A stretch of DNA of 64,000 nt from Thraustochytrium aureum (taxonomy: Eukaryota). Below the pieces are notes generated by a model that did no database searches, was not told where the DNA came from, and worked only from the letters and a program-made list of their open reading frames with translations. The position numbers were made by a program, and so were the translations under genes. Shown here one piece after another: positions 10,360-21,750 of this stretch (positions are counted from its first letter, which is position 1; the number at the start of each line of letters is the position of its first letter). The stretch covers positions 65,624 to 129,623 of the forward strand of contig BLSG01000345.1 in NCBI GenBank assembly GCA_012862495.1. The letters run 5' to 3'.

Positions 10360-11684
10360 ATGCTCATCCCCCGCGTCCGTGTCGCGGCTGGATGCGGCGC
10401 CGAGGTCGCCGCGCGCGTCGAGGAGCTGAGCAGGTGCGGGCCGGTCGTGCTGGTGCCGCCGCAGGATGGCGGCCTCGCGCTGGCAGTGGAGATGGCGGAG
10501 GTTTTGTTTCGGTTTCCGTGCAAAGTGGGCCCGCTGCTCGCTAAGGACGTGGACGCGGTGACCGAGTGGCTCAACCAGGGCGCCGTGCAGGCGCTTGTAG
10601 TGGGCTCGATCGAGGAGATTGCCGCCGTTGGCGCGCAGCTCCCGAAGGAGCGTATCGTGGTCTGCGTGGACGACCCCACAGTGTACACTGCGGAGGAGCT
10701 GAGCGTCCTTGCTGCGAGCAGTGTGAGCGCGAGCGTCTCGGTCGGCGCGCCCGGCGCAAGTGTCGCGGACGCGCTCGCCTGCGCAAGCAAGGCTTGGTCG
10801 GCGCTTGGCAAGGCCTTTCCCAGCGGGATCAGCCTGGTCTGCGGCGGCGCGCTCGGCGAGGGGTTTGCTGAGCGCAACCTAGCTGTCGGGAAACTGCACC
10901 ACCTCAACGGTTGCGACAGCCCGGTCCACGTTGAGTCGGACGCCGTCGTGCTGCCGAGCCAGCAAGCAGGATCAAGCCAGGAGAGCGGGGAAGGGTTTGG
11001 CCTCGGCGACGCGCTGGTCGCCTGCCTGCGCACAGACCGCGCAGACGGCCTGTACGCAACCGTCGTCGCGGACGAGCTCGGCGTCGCGCTTGGGCTTGTG
11101 TACTCGAGTGCCGAGTCAATTTTGGCCTCTCTCGCCTGCGGGCGCGGCGTCTATTGGTCGCGCTCGCGCCATTCGCTTTGGCGAAAGGGCGACACGAGCG
11201 GGGCATTTCAGGAGCTCGTGAGCGTCTCGTTTGACTGCGACTGCGACGCGCTGCGGTTTTGCGTGCGGCAAAAAGGGGAGCCGCCCTCGTTTTGCCATCA
11301 GGGCTTTCGCACCTGCTGGGGCGCAGACGGTGGTCTGGGCCACTTGAGCCGGACGCTCGAGTCCCGCAAGCAGAGCGCGCCGGCAGGTTCCTACACGAAG
11401 CGGCTCTTTGACGACCGCGCGCTGCTCCGGAACAAGCTGCTTGAGGAGGCGCAGGAGGTGATTGAGGCGGTTGAGGAGGCCGACCGGAAGCACGTCGCAG
11501 AGGAGGTGGCCGACCTGGCATACTTTTTGTTACCGCCTGTTCGGCTGGCGAGGCCACGCTGGAGGATGTGAGCAAGGTGTTGGACCTCCGCTCGCGCAAG
11601 GTCAAGCGGCGCCCAGGGAACGCCAAGGAGTTTCGCATTAAGGCCGCTGAGGCCGCGCTCCAGGCCGCAGCCTCCAACTCGTAG
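10360..11684 (+). CDS. hisIE: Bifunctional phosphoribosyl-AMP cyclohydrolase / phosphoribosyl-ATP pyrophosphatase (HisIE) with HIS4-like N-terminal extension; one frameshift at ~11525
   Basis: LGLVYSSAESI, GVYWSRSRHSLWRKGDTSG, DCDCDALRF, FCHQGFRTCW, APAGSYTKRLFDD and KLLEEAQE motifs. Adding one T to the T5 run (11524-11528) restores YFFVTACSAGEATLEDVSKVLDLRSRKVKRRPGNAK to TAG 11682-11684. Confidence 0.92.
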
Positions 11685-11977
11685 AATCCTCCCAACGAAA
11701 GCGACCATCCCGATTCCCCTGTCCCGCGGTTCTCCCGAACTCTATCAGTTGTGACTCTTGGAGTGACCTGACCCACTCGGGTACTCCGAGTCCGCGTGCA
11801 CGCGCGACAACGCTGCCCCCGCGTCGCAAGCAGCGCCTCGGCACAATTGAGAAACAACACCGGTACTGCTGACGCTCACCATGCGCCCACAAGCCTCCTC
11901 TTTCTCGCGGAGTACCCTCCGCATCCATGCCAAGCCAAGCAAGCGAGTACTCCATCGCCTTCACGCCCTGCACAAAG

Positions 11978-12178
11978 AGCAGCAGCACGAGCAGCAGAAC
12001 AGGGACACCAACCTCCAGCAGCAGCAGCGGCACGAGCAGCAGCGGCAGAACAGGAACACCAGCAGCACGAGTAGCAGCAGCAGCAGCAGCAGCACCAGCA
12101 CCAGCAGCAGCAGCAGCACCAGCAGCAGCAGCAGCACCAGCAGCAGTGGTCGCACAAGTTGCAGCGGCAGGAGCAGAG
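11978..12178 (+). repeat. Imperfect (CAG/AGC)n microsatellite
   Basis: Runs of agcagcagc/agcacc. They read as polyQ then polyS/T if the upstream ATG 11881 is used, otherwise they are 5' UTR. Confidence 0.85.
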
Positions 12179-12180
12179 CG

Positions 12181-13887
12181 ATGGCGAACAAGAGGCTGAC
12201 GCCCGAGGACGAGGAGAAGGAAATGGTGGATAAGGACGACGTGGTGATGACGTTTCATGCCGAGTCGCGGCCCTCACGCCGGAATACCCAAGAGGCGACG
12301 GACCGCAACCTGGTGGAGGCCGCAGAGTACGGCGAAGCCAGCACGGTCAAGTACCTGCTGGAGCACGAAGGCGCCGACCCGTCGACGCAGTCGAACAGGG
12401 CGATGGCGCTAGCGGCCTGGAAAGGGCACTACGAGGTCGTCGAGTTGCTTCTGAAAGACCCGCGCACGGACCCCAGCGCGAAGAACCAGCGCGCTTTGAT
12501 CCGCGCCTCGTATGCGGGCGAGCTGGACGTGGCGGAGCTGCTGATGTCGGACAGCCGCGTGGACCCGAGCGTGGAGGACTGCGCGCCCGTCCGATCGGCC
12601 GCGAAATTTGGCGAGGTTTGCTCGCTGCACCGCATGCTGCGGCACCCTAAAGCGAACCCAAGCCTACGAGACAACGAAGCCATCCGCGTGTCTGCTGCGG
12701 AGGGGTTCGTTGCTGTGGTTAGCCGGCTTTTGCAGGACGAACGCGTGGACCCGAGCGCATTAGACAACGAAGCGATCTGCATGGCGGCCCAGAATGGGCA
12801 CTCTGCTTGCGTCTCGTTTCTAATGGAGGACCCGCGTGTTGACCCGTCTGCGCGCGACAACCAGCCGTTTCGAATGGCCGCCAAGGAGGGCCACCTCAGT
12901 GTTCTCGAGGTGCTCATGCGCAGCGATACAGTCAATCCTAGGGCGATGGACGACGAAGCTATCTGCAAAACGGCGGAGAACGGCCACATGGAAATTCTAG
13001 AGTTTCTCATCAGCAAGGGCTGCAACCCGGGTGCTAGGAAATCCGCCACTCTGGTTGAAGCCGCCGCGCGAGGGCACACGGCGATTGTGGCCAGGCTCCT
13101 CACCTTTGACTGTGTTGATGCCACCGTGAGGGATTGTGCCCCTCTTGTTGCCGCCTGCGTGCACGGAAGGCTCGAGATCGTGCGGCTGCTCCTCCAAGCC
13201 CGCGGAGTCGACCCCTCGGTTGACAAGCAGGCTCCGCTGAAAGCCGCGGTGAAAGGTGGCAACCTTGAGGTCGTCGATTTGCTCTTGGCGCGACGAGCAG
13301 GTGGAGGTGACTAGCTGCGGCGATGAGCTTCTACATGTGCAACCAAGTGCGGCCACGCGGCGGTTGCAGTGAGAATCGCCGCCCTGCTTTACCAAGAAGG
13401 CGCTTTGGATTCCAATCTCGTCCAGACTGCAATCGAGGTTGCAGTTGACAACAAGCATCATGCGACGGTGGAGGCCTTGCTCCATGCCAGAGTTGGGGAC
13501 ATCGGAATTTGCGACCAACTCAACTTTCATGCTGCAATCGAAAAGGCCTTTAGTCTGGCAGCGAAAACTGGGGGCCCTTTCATCACACTTTTCGCTCGAG
13601 ACAGGCGCGCCACTTTTCCGATCGAACTGTCTTGCACTTCTAGCCTGGTGTACAACCATGCGCTTGTGCGCGCGAGGTCTGCGAATGCGCTCGAGAGGGT
13701 CAAAGTTTCGGCCACGGAAACCGTTAAGAGAGCTCTTCTCAATGTGCTCATGCAGGAGTCCCGAATCCGGAACGGGCTCGCCGCGAAGTACCCTGGGTTT
13801 CCTGAGACGGCGTTCACGCATATCCTTGAGATGGCCAACGTCGACCTGGACGCATGGGCCGAGTCTTGGAGTCTGCGCAAAGCCTAA
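12181..13887 (+). CDS. Ankyrin-repeat protein (DPRVDPS-type repeats); probably one gene with two frameshifts at ~13290-13340
   Basis: About 9 repeats of the form DP(R)VDPSAxDNxAIxxAAxxGHxxVVxxLL in the ORF ending at 13314. Shifted frames give DEQVEVTSCGDELLHV-ATKCGHAAVAVRIAALL, continuing into ORF 13369-13887. Alternative start at ATG 11881. Confidence 0.75.
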
Positions 13888-14724
13888 GCAACGGGAGGAT
13901 TCTTCGACGGCCGACGGCATGAGCGTCGCGTCTGGGAGCAATTTGTGAAGATGCCAACCCTCAACTAAATGTCCAACAACAACAAGACCAGGATATGCCC
14001 CCGCTTCTCCATTATGGTCGGGCCTTTGCCGCGCGTTGCGTCTGTGCTCGCTGCGACTAGCGTCAAGAGCATCGCCGGGCCCGCGCCGAGCTCCCGCCAT
14101 GCCCTCGCCGCAGTCTGCCGTGTCTGACGACGGTTGCATGGACTTGTTGTTGACTGGTCCTCAGCTCTCAACCTTTTCACCGCGCATCGCAACTCCAACC
14201 ACTCGGGCGACGTATGCCTCGCAGCGCTCGACGGCAGCCTCGGCCAAGTCAACTTCCGCCACGTGCACGCCTTGAACCGATCGACCGTCCTCGCGACGTG
14301 GGGCGACAACGTGCGAGTTGGGCTTGGCTGCGGGATGCGCGTCCCGCGCCAGCAGCACCTGCAACGGCAGCACCCTGCAACAGCAGCGGGGAGGCGAGCT
14401 CGAGCAACAGCTGCAGCGACGCGGGCCAAGAAGCGCTGCGCCGCAGCAAGGCCGGACTCGCTTGCTGTGAACGATTTGCTGTGCGTCGTGGTAACAAGTC
14501 GAGTTGGGGATCTGGGATTTCGATCCTGGAGGCTCAAGTTTGTTCTGGCTCGCCTGGGGGTGTGATGCTCGCTTCTGCTCTGATCGAGCACCACCTTGGC
14601 TTGGTTCATGCAAGGTTGGTTGATCATGATGCTTGCTTGCTTGGGGTTCGATCGAAGGATGGGTGAAGTATCCTGGTACAGTCGACCAACCATCGCAACG
14701 CGACTGGCGCGGACTGGTGCGGCG

Positions 14725-16668
14725 ATGTGGTGGTCAGCTGCTGCTCTTGCCGCCGCGGCGAGCTGGCGCGCTGCGGAGGCACGCCAAGTCACAACCGACC
14801 CTAGGCCCAACATCATCGTGGTCGTCGCAGATGATTTGGGGATGAGTGATGTGTCCTTCACGAAACGACCAGGCATCATGCCGACACCCAACATAGCGAG
14901 CTTGTGCGACGAGGGCCTTGTTCTGGACACGTTTTATGCGCAAAGCACATGCACGCCATCGCGAGCTGCGCTTATGACTGGGCGCTACGCAACAAATACT
15001 GGCCTAGTCTTCGCCATGCTGCCTGGCGCCGTCAGCGGGCTCCCGGACGCGATGATGACCATGCCGCGATTCCTTCGCCAGCACCTCGACTACGAAGCCC
15101 ACATGGTCGGCAAATGGCACCTAGGGCACGCTCAGTGGCGGCAAACGCCTGTCGGCAAGGGTTTCCAGACCCACGTCGGCTCGCTGCTTTGGTCCATGGA
15201 GTACAACTCCAAACAAATTTGGCAAGAGCCGTGGACGCCGATGGTCGTCGACTGGATCCGCGCGGACGAGGTAAGCGAGGGGCGGCTTGCGGCTCTTTCT
15301 TGAAATTGAGTGTTTTCTGTCGGCTTTTCTGTTGCTGACATGCGCGTTCCTGCTCGCGTTTGCAGAACGGCACCTTTCACCACTACCTGGAGCCGCGCCA
15401 CACCACGGAGGCTTTGACTGCCGAAGCCGTCGCGCGGGTCGAATCCCACGCACGAGACTCTGAGAAGCCACTCTTCCTCTACCTCGCGTACACGGCAGCG
15501 CACGCCCCGCTCGTGCCGATGCCCCAAGACGAGCTTGCCTGTCAGCACTTGGCGCACCTGTGGCGGCGCCAGTTTTGCGGCCTCATCGTTGGCCTCGACC
15601 GCGGCGTGGGCCAAGTTGTCTCTGCGGCGCGGCAGCACCTTGGCAACAACACGATCTTCCTCTTTACCTCCGACAACGGCGGCGCGCCGTGGTTTGGCGG
15701 CCTTGGCGAGCCATTGCGTGGCGGCAAGACTACGCCATTCGAGCAAGGCGTACGTGTGCCCGCCTGCATCGCTGACCTATCGCCTTCTGGCGCCTTTTTG
15801 GGCAAGCACCAGGGCCAACTGCACAGTGGGCTGATGCACATCTCGGATGTATTTCCAACGCTCGCCGCTGCGGCCGGAGCCGACCCTCACGTGCTTGGGG
15901 CCCTCGGACTTGACGGCATCGACGCGAGCGCTTCACTCAAGGCCTCCGGCGTTGCTGCGCCCCCGCGGACCGAAGCGCTCCTTGAAATGTACTTATGGCA
16001 GCCGAGGCGAGTTTATGTTTCCCGACGAAGACGTTGTCGCGTTCCGAAGCGGCAAGTGGAAGCTCATCGAGGCTACAAAGCTTCGCGAGGCGCTTTGGTG
16101 GCGCGAGCCGACTGGCGAAGCGCTGAACAACAGCGACACAACCTGGGCCACCTGGGCTGGCGAAAAAGCTATCCGCCATCTTGAAAGTTGGGTGGAGCGC
16201 GGCCCCGCAGACACGTTTCGCGACATGCTCGTGCACGTGGGCATCCATCATTGGTACGCCGACTCGTCGCTGGCCGGTACGCTCCTGTTTGATCTCGAAG
16301 CAGACCCGGAGGAGCGCAGCAACGTCGCGCTGGAGAACCCGCAGCAAGTTGCCGAGCTGCGCTCCAAAATATCAAAGCTGAGGGATGCACGGCCGCACCA
16401 GCAGAGGTTTTGGATGACCATTGACAGAGACGCTCACTGGCGCAGCACGCTCGCAAATGGAACGTGCCCGCCAGGACTCGTGGGCCCTTCAGACTGCGTT
16501 TTTGCGCACCCTTGGATTCCCGATGACGCCGATTTAGAGGCCACAGAGCTCGTGCATGGTGCAGCGGCGTGGCCGTTTGTTCGCAACATTCTCGGTTTCC
16601 TCGCTCCGTACGTGTGTAGCTTGGCTTTGTGCTGCACGGCGGCCATCCGCGTGCGCCGCTTCGGGTAG
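14725..16668 (+). CDS. Formylglycine-dependent arylsulfatase (ARSB-like) with signal peptide and C-terminal TM; intron 15271-15365, frameshift ~15993
   Basis: RPNIIVVVADDLG, CTPSRAALMTGRY, GKWHLG, PLFLYLAYTAAHAPL, FTSDNGG, PLRGGKTTPFEQGVRVP, HISDVFPTL, LFDLEADPEERSN. GTAAGC...GCTGAC...TGCAG intron joins ADE|NGTF in frame. Confidence 0.92.
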
Positions 16669-17277
16669 ATAAGTCTAGCTCTTGCATGCACAACCGCAAA
16701 ACTGGCCCGGTGCATCGTGCCCCGCAAGCGATTCTTCACTTCATTTTCCTCGTGCAATTTAAAGGTCAGCACGTGCTGCGCCACTCGAGGCCGTCGTGTC
16801 TGCGTGCGCCGAGGCAGGAGGTCCACCTCAAGAGCGTCGTGCGCCGACTTTTGCTCGAGTCCGCTCGACGCTTTCACGGATCGGTCGAGCACCCGTCGGT
16901 GGCGCTCACTGCATCGGCATCGTCGCCGCTCGCCAAGAATGCGGAGCCTTGCGATGCTGACACGAGTCGTCCGTGACAAACTTGTTGACGATCACTTGCG
17001 GGCCAGAGTTTTTTGGCGCAGGCAAACTCCAGAGGCCTTGCCGGAGCCCGCGCCGCGTTTTGCTGCTGCATGTTTGTTGTTCTTTCCACCTTGGCGGAGC
17101 ACCGCGGACAAGGTCGGCAAAAGCGGGTCCTCTGGGGACGGCAGGGCCGTCGAAGCGGCGGCCTCGGTGCGTCGCGGGGGCCGGCTGACACGCTGGTCCG
17201 CTGTGTGGATAGCGGGCTCTCACTCTTCTACGTTTGTTGGACGCCGACAAGGCAGGTCGGGTAGCTGCCGGCCGTTC

Positions 17278-17923
17278 TCATGAGACCGGCATCACGTTGC
17301 GGCGCCGTCCGTTTAGTCTGCCGGGCCCGGAGCTTTCTGCCGGCAGGGAGCTCGTCAAAGAGAGCTTTGAAGTGGCCTCAAGCGACTCGAACAACGCCCG
17401 AACGTCGTGCTTTCGGTTGATCGCCGACAGGGCCAACGGGGTGACCCCATCTCCGTCGGTCAGCGACTGGTCTGCGCCGCCCTTGAGCAACGGGATGATG
17501 CAGGCCACATGGCCCTCCCACGCGCACTTGTGCAGTGCCGTGTCCCCGAAAGCAGCGTCCCTTGCGTTGGCGTCCGCTCCCGCCGCCAGAAGGGCTTGGA
17601 TCGCCGCAAGCGACCCGCGTTGCGCTGCTACGTGCAGCGGCGTCTGCCCTGCGCTGTTTCTCGCCTCAACGGCCGCGCCGCCGGCGAAGACAAGAAATTC
17701 GCAGGATTTTGCGTGGTCCCCGATCGCGGCGAGGTGCAGCGCGGTGTGCCCATCGCGTCGCGCACCTCGTCACGTGCCGTCCGAGTTTCTTGATCACCTC
17801 AGCCAGGAGCTCATCCGGCGCGCCGCCCCTCGCAAGCACCATCAGGTCCACATCCGGGCCAAACCTCGAAAGTTTGCTCTTAGGTAGCAAGCTCCTGGCG
17901 ACGACCTCCTCCGCAGACGCCAT
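17278..17923 (-). CDS. Small ankyrin-repeat protein; frameshift ~17755
   Basis: MASAEEVVARSLL start (ATG 17923). After the shift: DGHTALHLAA, AGQTPLHVAAQRG, FGDTALHKCAWEGH, DGVTPLALS. Confidence 0.75.
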
Positions 17924-18542
17924 CCCGCCCGCCGCGCGGAGCTCGAGCAGCCGGAACGGAGCGAGTCTGGGCAACTCGTTGCGTTGCGAAACAGTCAACG
18001 AGGGCCGAGGCGCTCCACCGCCTCAGCGAAAGCGGCGCGAGGAAAGAATCAACGCAGCCCGGCCTCACGATTCGGGTTGATCTTGTTCGTGGTCCACGGC
18101 AACCACGGCGCGGCTTCAACCATATGTCGCGACGCACAGTCGCGATGATGCTCGTCAAAACGCTGCTCGTCAATCAAAACGATGCTCGTCAAAATGATCA
18201 ACATGGTGCGCACCGGGCCAGCTTTCGCATTGCTCTCGTAGAAACACACGCCAGCCAATAATAGCTTGGGCACTTTTGAAAAGCCCGGCGAATGCGGAAA
18301 AGACCAATTATTGGGGGTTAGGCGAGAAAACGAAAAGGATCCGTTGCGCAAGGATGCATGTGAGCGAGCAGGAGCAGACGCCGAACGAACGAGGGCGCCC
18401 CGACGCGCTGCGCAACAGCGCGGTGTCCTGGCGGCATCGTGCCGAAGCCTATTGGTTTGCTTGTAGAGGCCTGCGCTGCTTTCCGTTGGCACCGGCTGCC
18501 CTGCCCTGCGCTGCGCGGCCCGGCGGAGGCTCGGCGAAGGCA

Positions 18543-21380
18543 ATGTCGGACAACGGGTCTGCGCGAAGCGATGCGGCGCAAGAGGAGCCGAGCTTGGTCT
18601 CGGCGCTGGAGATCATGGACGTCAGCAACTGCCCGGCGTTTGCGCAGCTGAACGAGTTGCTGGGCCGGGGCGAGCTCACCAAGGGCGAGACGGACGCGCT
18701 GAAGAGCCAGTATGAGGAAATGCACCTTGCGATTTTGGACATGTACGAGGAAGAGAAGAAAAGCCTCAAGGCAGCCAAGCAGCTGAACCAGGACTTGCTC
18801 GCAGAGAAGATCAAGCTCGAAAAGCTCAATATTCGCAAGCACGAGGACGGCCAAGCCATGGTCGCCTTGGAAAAGGAGCGCGACAGCCTCGAGAACGAAC
18901 TACACGACCTGGAAGAGACAACCTCGGCACTTCACCTGGAGCTCACGGAGCTCGAGCGCAACAAGAGCGACCTAGAGCACGGCCTCGAGCAGGCCAAGCG
19001 AGAGAACGCCGAGCTGGTGGAGCCCGAGTTTGAAGAGTCGCGGAGCCGGATCGCCGAGCTCGAAGACGACGTGGCGCGCCAGGAGCTCGCCCTCGAGCAG
19101 AGCAAGGAGGAGCAGAAGCGGCTAGTTGCCGAGCACGACGCGGTGGTGCAGGCCAACGACGAGCTCACGGAGAAAAAGGTCACGCAGAAGCAGTACTTGA
19201 ACAAGATCAAGGCCGACCCCGAGCGGATCTCCAAGCAAGCCGACGTCGTGGAAACCGCCGCTATAAACCTCCAACAGGAAGTGCAACTGCTCGAGGCCAA
19301 GGCAGCCGAGAGCGACAGCAAGCTGGCGGAGCAGGCGTCAAAGAAGCAAGAGGTCAATGAGCTTGGACGAGACCTCACGCGCAAGCTCGACCTGCACCGG
19401 TCTACAATAGAGCAGCGAGAGCGCGACGTCGACTCGGTTCGCAAGTCTCTCGACGAGGAAAAGAGCAAACACCAGGAGCTTTTGGCCAAACGTGTGCACG
19501 TCGAGCTCCTGCTCAAGGACGAGCGGCTCGCGCTCAAGGCGGCCTCGCAGCACGCTGCCCAGACCAAGAAGGAATACGAGGTGCAGAAAAAGCTGCTCAA
19601 GAAGCGCATCGCGCAGCTCGACAGCATCAAGTCCACGTCCCCCAGCTGGAGAGCAACTGCAGCGACCTCACCGCGACGCTCAATTCGTTCGTGGCGGAGG
19701 AACAAGGCGCTCACCAAAAAGGTGGCCGTTCTCAAGCAAGAGGTGGACATCTTTATCGCAAACTACCTGCGACAAGAGCACATCGAAAAAGACAAGAAGG
19801 AGACCCTCCAGTCCCAGACTTCGCACATCAAAGAGTGCGAAAAGCAGATCGCGCTCTGGATCGAGGAAGAGCACAAGCAAGCCAAGCAGATGGCCATGCT
19901 GAACGCGCAGCGCGAGATCAAGGCCCGCGAGGCGAGCAAGGCCAACGCGCTTCACAAAGCGGCGTTCCAGGACCTCAAAATCAAAGAGCTAACCATGCTG
20001 GACCTCACCAAGAAGCTCACCGAGACCAACAGCAAGCTCCGCGAGTTTTCTGCGCTGTACGATGTTGTGAAAAACGAGCGCAACAAGTACGTCAACTTGA
20101 TCCAGGCCAGCAGCCAGGCGCTCGCCGAGATGAAGGAAAAGATCAAGATCCTTGAAAACGAAGTGGAGATTCTGCGAAACGAATCGATAGCCAAGGACAA
20201 GGCCCTCAACAAGGAGCGGCTCTCTCACCAGACGGCCCAGTGCCAGCGCGACAGCGCGCGCCATGAGATGAACAAGTGCCAGGCCGCCTACCGGGAGAGG
20301 CAAAACCAGGTCGAGCAGCAGATCGTGGAGATCGACAAGCTCAACAGCATCATCAACAGCATGGAGAGGTCCATGATGCGCCTCAAAAAGCAGTACGAAC
20401 AGGGCGTGGAGAATCGCAACTTCACCGGGGTGCAGCTTATCGACCGAAACGACGAGCTTTGTATCCTCTACGAAAAGGCCAACATCCAAGAGGAGACCTT
20501 GAAGCGTGGCCAGGTTGGTCTCCGTGAAAAGGAGGAAGAGGTGCGCATGATCAAACTCGAGCTCGCCGAGCTCGAGCGAGGCCTAATGGCTGCACGCCGC
20601 AAGATCCCCGCCTTGCCAGAGCTCGGCGACACTATCCTCAAGCTCAAGAAGGAGCTTGCTCAAGAGCGCGGCCTCACCGAGAAGCTCTGCGAGGACCTCG
20701 AGACACCTGAGAACGACGACCGTTGGCGCGCCCTGCTGGGAGACGATCCGGACCTCGAGCAACTCCAGGCCAAGCTGCAGATTCTCGAAGAGCGCCTCAA
20801 CTCCAAAAAGGAGCAGCTGTTGGAGAAGGAGCTCGTGCTGGAGGAAGTCTCGGAGCTTTCGCAAAAGCTCAAGACGAAGGCGAATGAAGGCCGCAAGAGC
20901 ACGCTAAACCTGGCCAAAAGCGTCAATGGGTTTCAGGCGCGCATCAAGGAAACCACGCGCCGCATGATGGCCCTCGTGTCCGAGCTCTCCATGTACCAGG
21001 CCACGGCCATGAAGCTCGAGCAAGAAAAGCACGACAAAGAAAAGGACATCGAGGAGGCGGAGTGGCGCGTTAAATCTGGGCAGGCGCCAAGCGAGGAAGC
21101 CGAGTACGAATGGTACAGAGTCGAGCGCGAGATCCTGGCAAAGCAGACGAACCAGGAGCGTGCCTTTGCGGCCGCAATGCAGGGCGAAGCGGACCCGATG
21201 GCAGCAGATTCCCGCGGCCCGCTGCGAACAACTGCGCAAGCGCGCCCGAACGCCTACATTCCGGAGGATTCGCTTGGTATTCCGCGACCGTATGGCGGCC
21301 AGGCTCCGTTCAAGCCTTCGCAGGCTGGTTCGAGCATGCGCCATATCCGCAAACCGCAGCCGCGCGAGATTGAGATATAG
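18543..21380 (+). CDS. CCDC146: Ciliary coiled-coil protein CCDC146 (MBO2) homolog
   Basis: Long coiled coil with KNERNKYVNLIQ and GVQLIDRNDELCILYEK. Family C-terminus RPNAYIPE...IPRPYGGQAPFKPS..GSSMRHIRKP...EIEI. Apparent compensating indel pair at ~19637-19700. Confidence 0.88.
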   Translation: MSDNGSARSDAAQEEPSLVSALEIMDVSNCPAFAQLNELLGRGELTKGETDALKSQYEEMHLAILDMYEEEKKSLKAAKQLNQDLLAEKIKLEKLNIRKHEDGQAMVALEKERDSLENELHDLEETTSALHLELTELERNKSDLEHGLEQAKRENAELVEPEFEESRSRIAELEDDVARQELALEQSKEEQKRLVAEHDAVVQANDELTEKKVTQKQYLNKIKADPERISKQADVVETAAINLQQEVQLLEAKAAESDSKLAEQASKKQEVNELGRDLTRKLDLHRSTIEQRERDVDSVRKSLDEEKSKHQELLAKRVHVELLLKDERLALKAASQHAAQTKKEYEVQKKLLKKRIAQLDSIKSTSPSWRATAATSPRRSIRSWRRNKALTKKVAVLKQEVDIFIANYLRQEHIEKDKKETLQSQTSHIKECEKQIALWIEEEHKQAKQMAMLNAQREIKAREASKANALHKAAFQDLKIKELTMLDLTKKLTETNSKLREFSALYDVVKNERNKYVNLIQASSQALAEMKEKIKILENEVEILRNESIAKDKALNKERLSHQTAQCQRDSARHEMNKCQAAYRERQNQVEQQIVEIDKLNSIINSMERSMMRLKKQYEQGVENRNFTGVQLIDRNDELCILYEKANIQEETLKRGQVGLREKEEEVRMIKLELAELERGLMAARRKIPALPELGDTILKLKKELAQERGLTEKLCEDLETPENDDRWRALLGDDPDLEQLQAKLQILEERLNSKKEQLLEKELVLEEVSELSQKLKTKANEGRKSTLNLAKSVNGFQARIKETTRRMMALVSELSMYQATAMKLEQEKHDKEKDIEEAEWRVKSGQAPSEEAEYEWYRVEREILAKQTNQERAFAAAMQGEADPMAADSRGPLRTTAQARPNAYIPEDSLGIPRPYGGQAPFKPSQAGSSMRHIRKPQPREIEI

Positions 21381-21750
21381 ATAGGGGGGCTGGAGTGGCG
21401 AAACTCGACGCGGTACTCTCTCTCTCTCTTCTCCACTCTTCAACGCTTCTTCCGCTTGCTTGTCCATGTGCACTTGCTCTGCTGGCATTCAGGACGCTTG
21501 CTTCTGCGCGGCATAGGTAGAGTAGGAGGGACGGCCGTGCTTGGCCAAATCAACCCATCGAAACGATGCATTCTTTCCATCTTGGTTCACGTTGACGTTT
21601 GGCCTTGCGGGACACTGGGTGGGCCGTGGACACTGTCCGCGCGGTTTCCTTTCGTTGGCGCCTGGACGCTCGAGTACAAGGGCTGGACATTTGCTGTTCG
21701 AAGAAAGAAGGTCTGTTTTTGCTACCGAGTCGTGCCACGAGGCCAGATGT

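Noticed and set aside
10014..11033. N-terminal part of the 1454-aa minus-strand ORF
   Set aside because: Antisense shadow of hisIE joined through an N-gap. The real coding part begins at or inside gap 9707-10013.
13900..14700. Possible small gene between the ankyrin and sulfatase genes
   Set aside because: Several short overlapping ORFs on both strands, with no motif or convincing start/splice structure.
16680..17270. Possible frameshifted small minus-strand gene
   Set aside because: Requires several unsupported frame changes; no recognisable homology.
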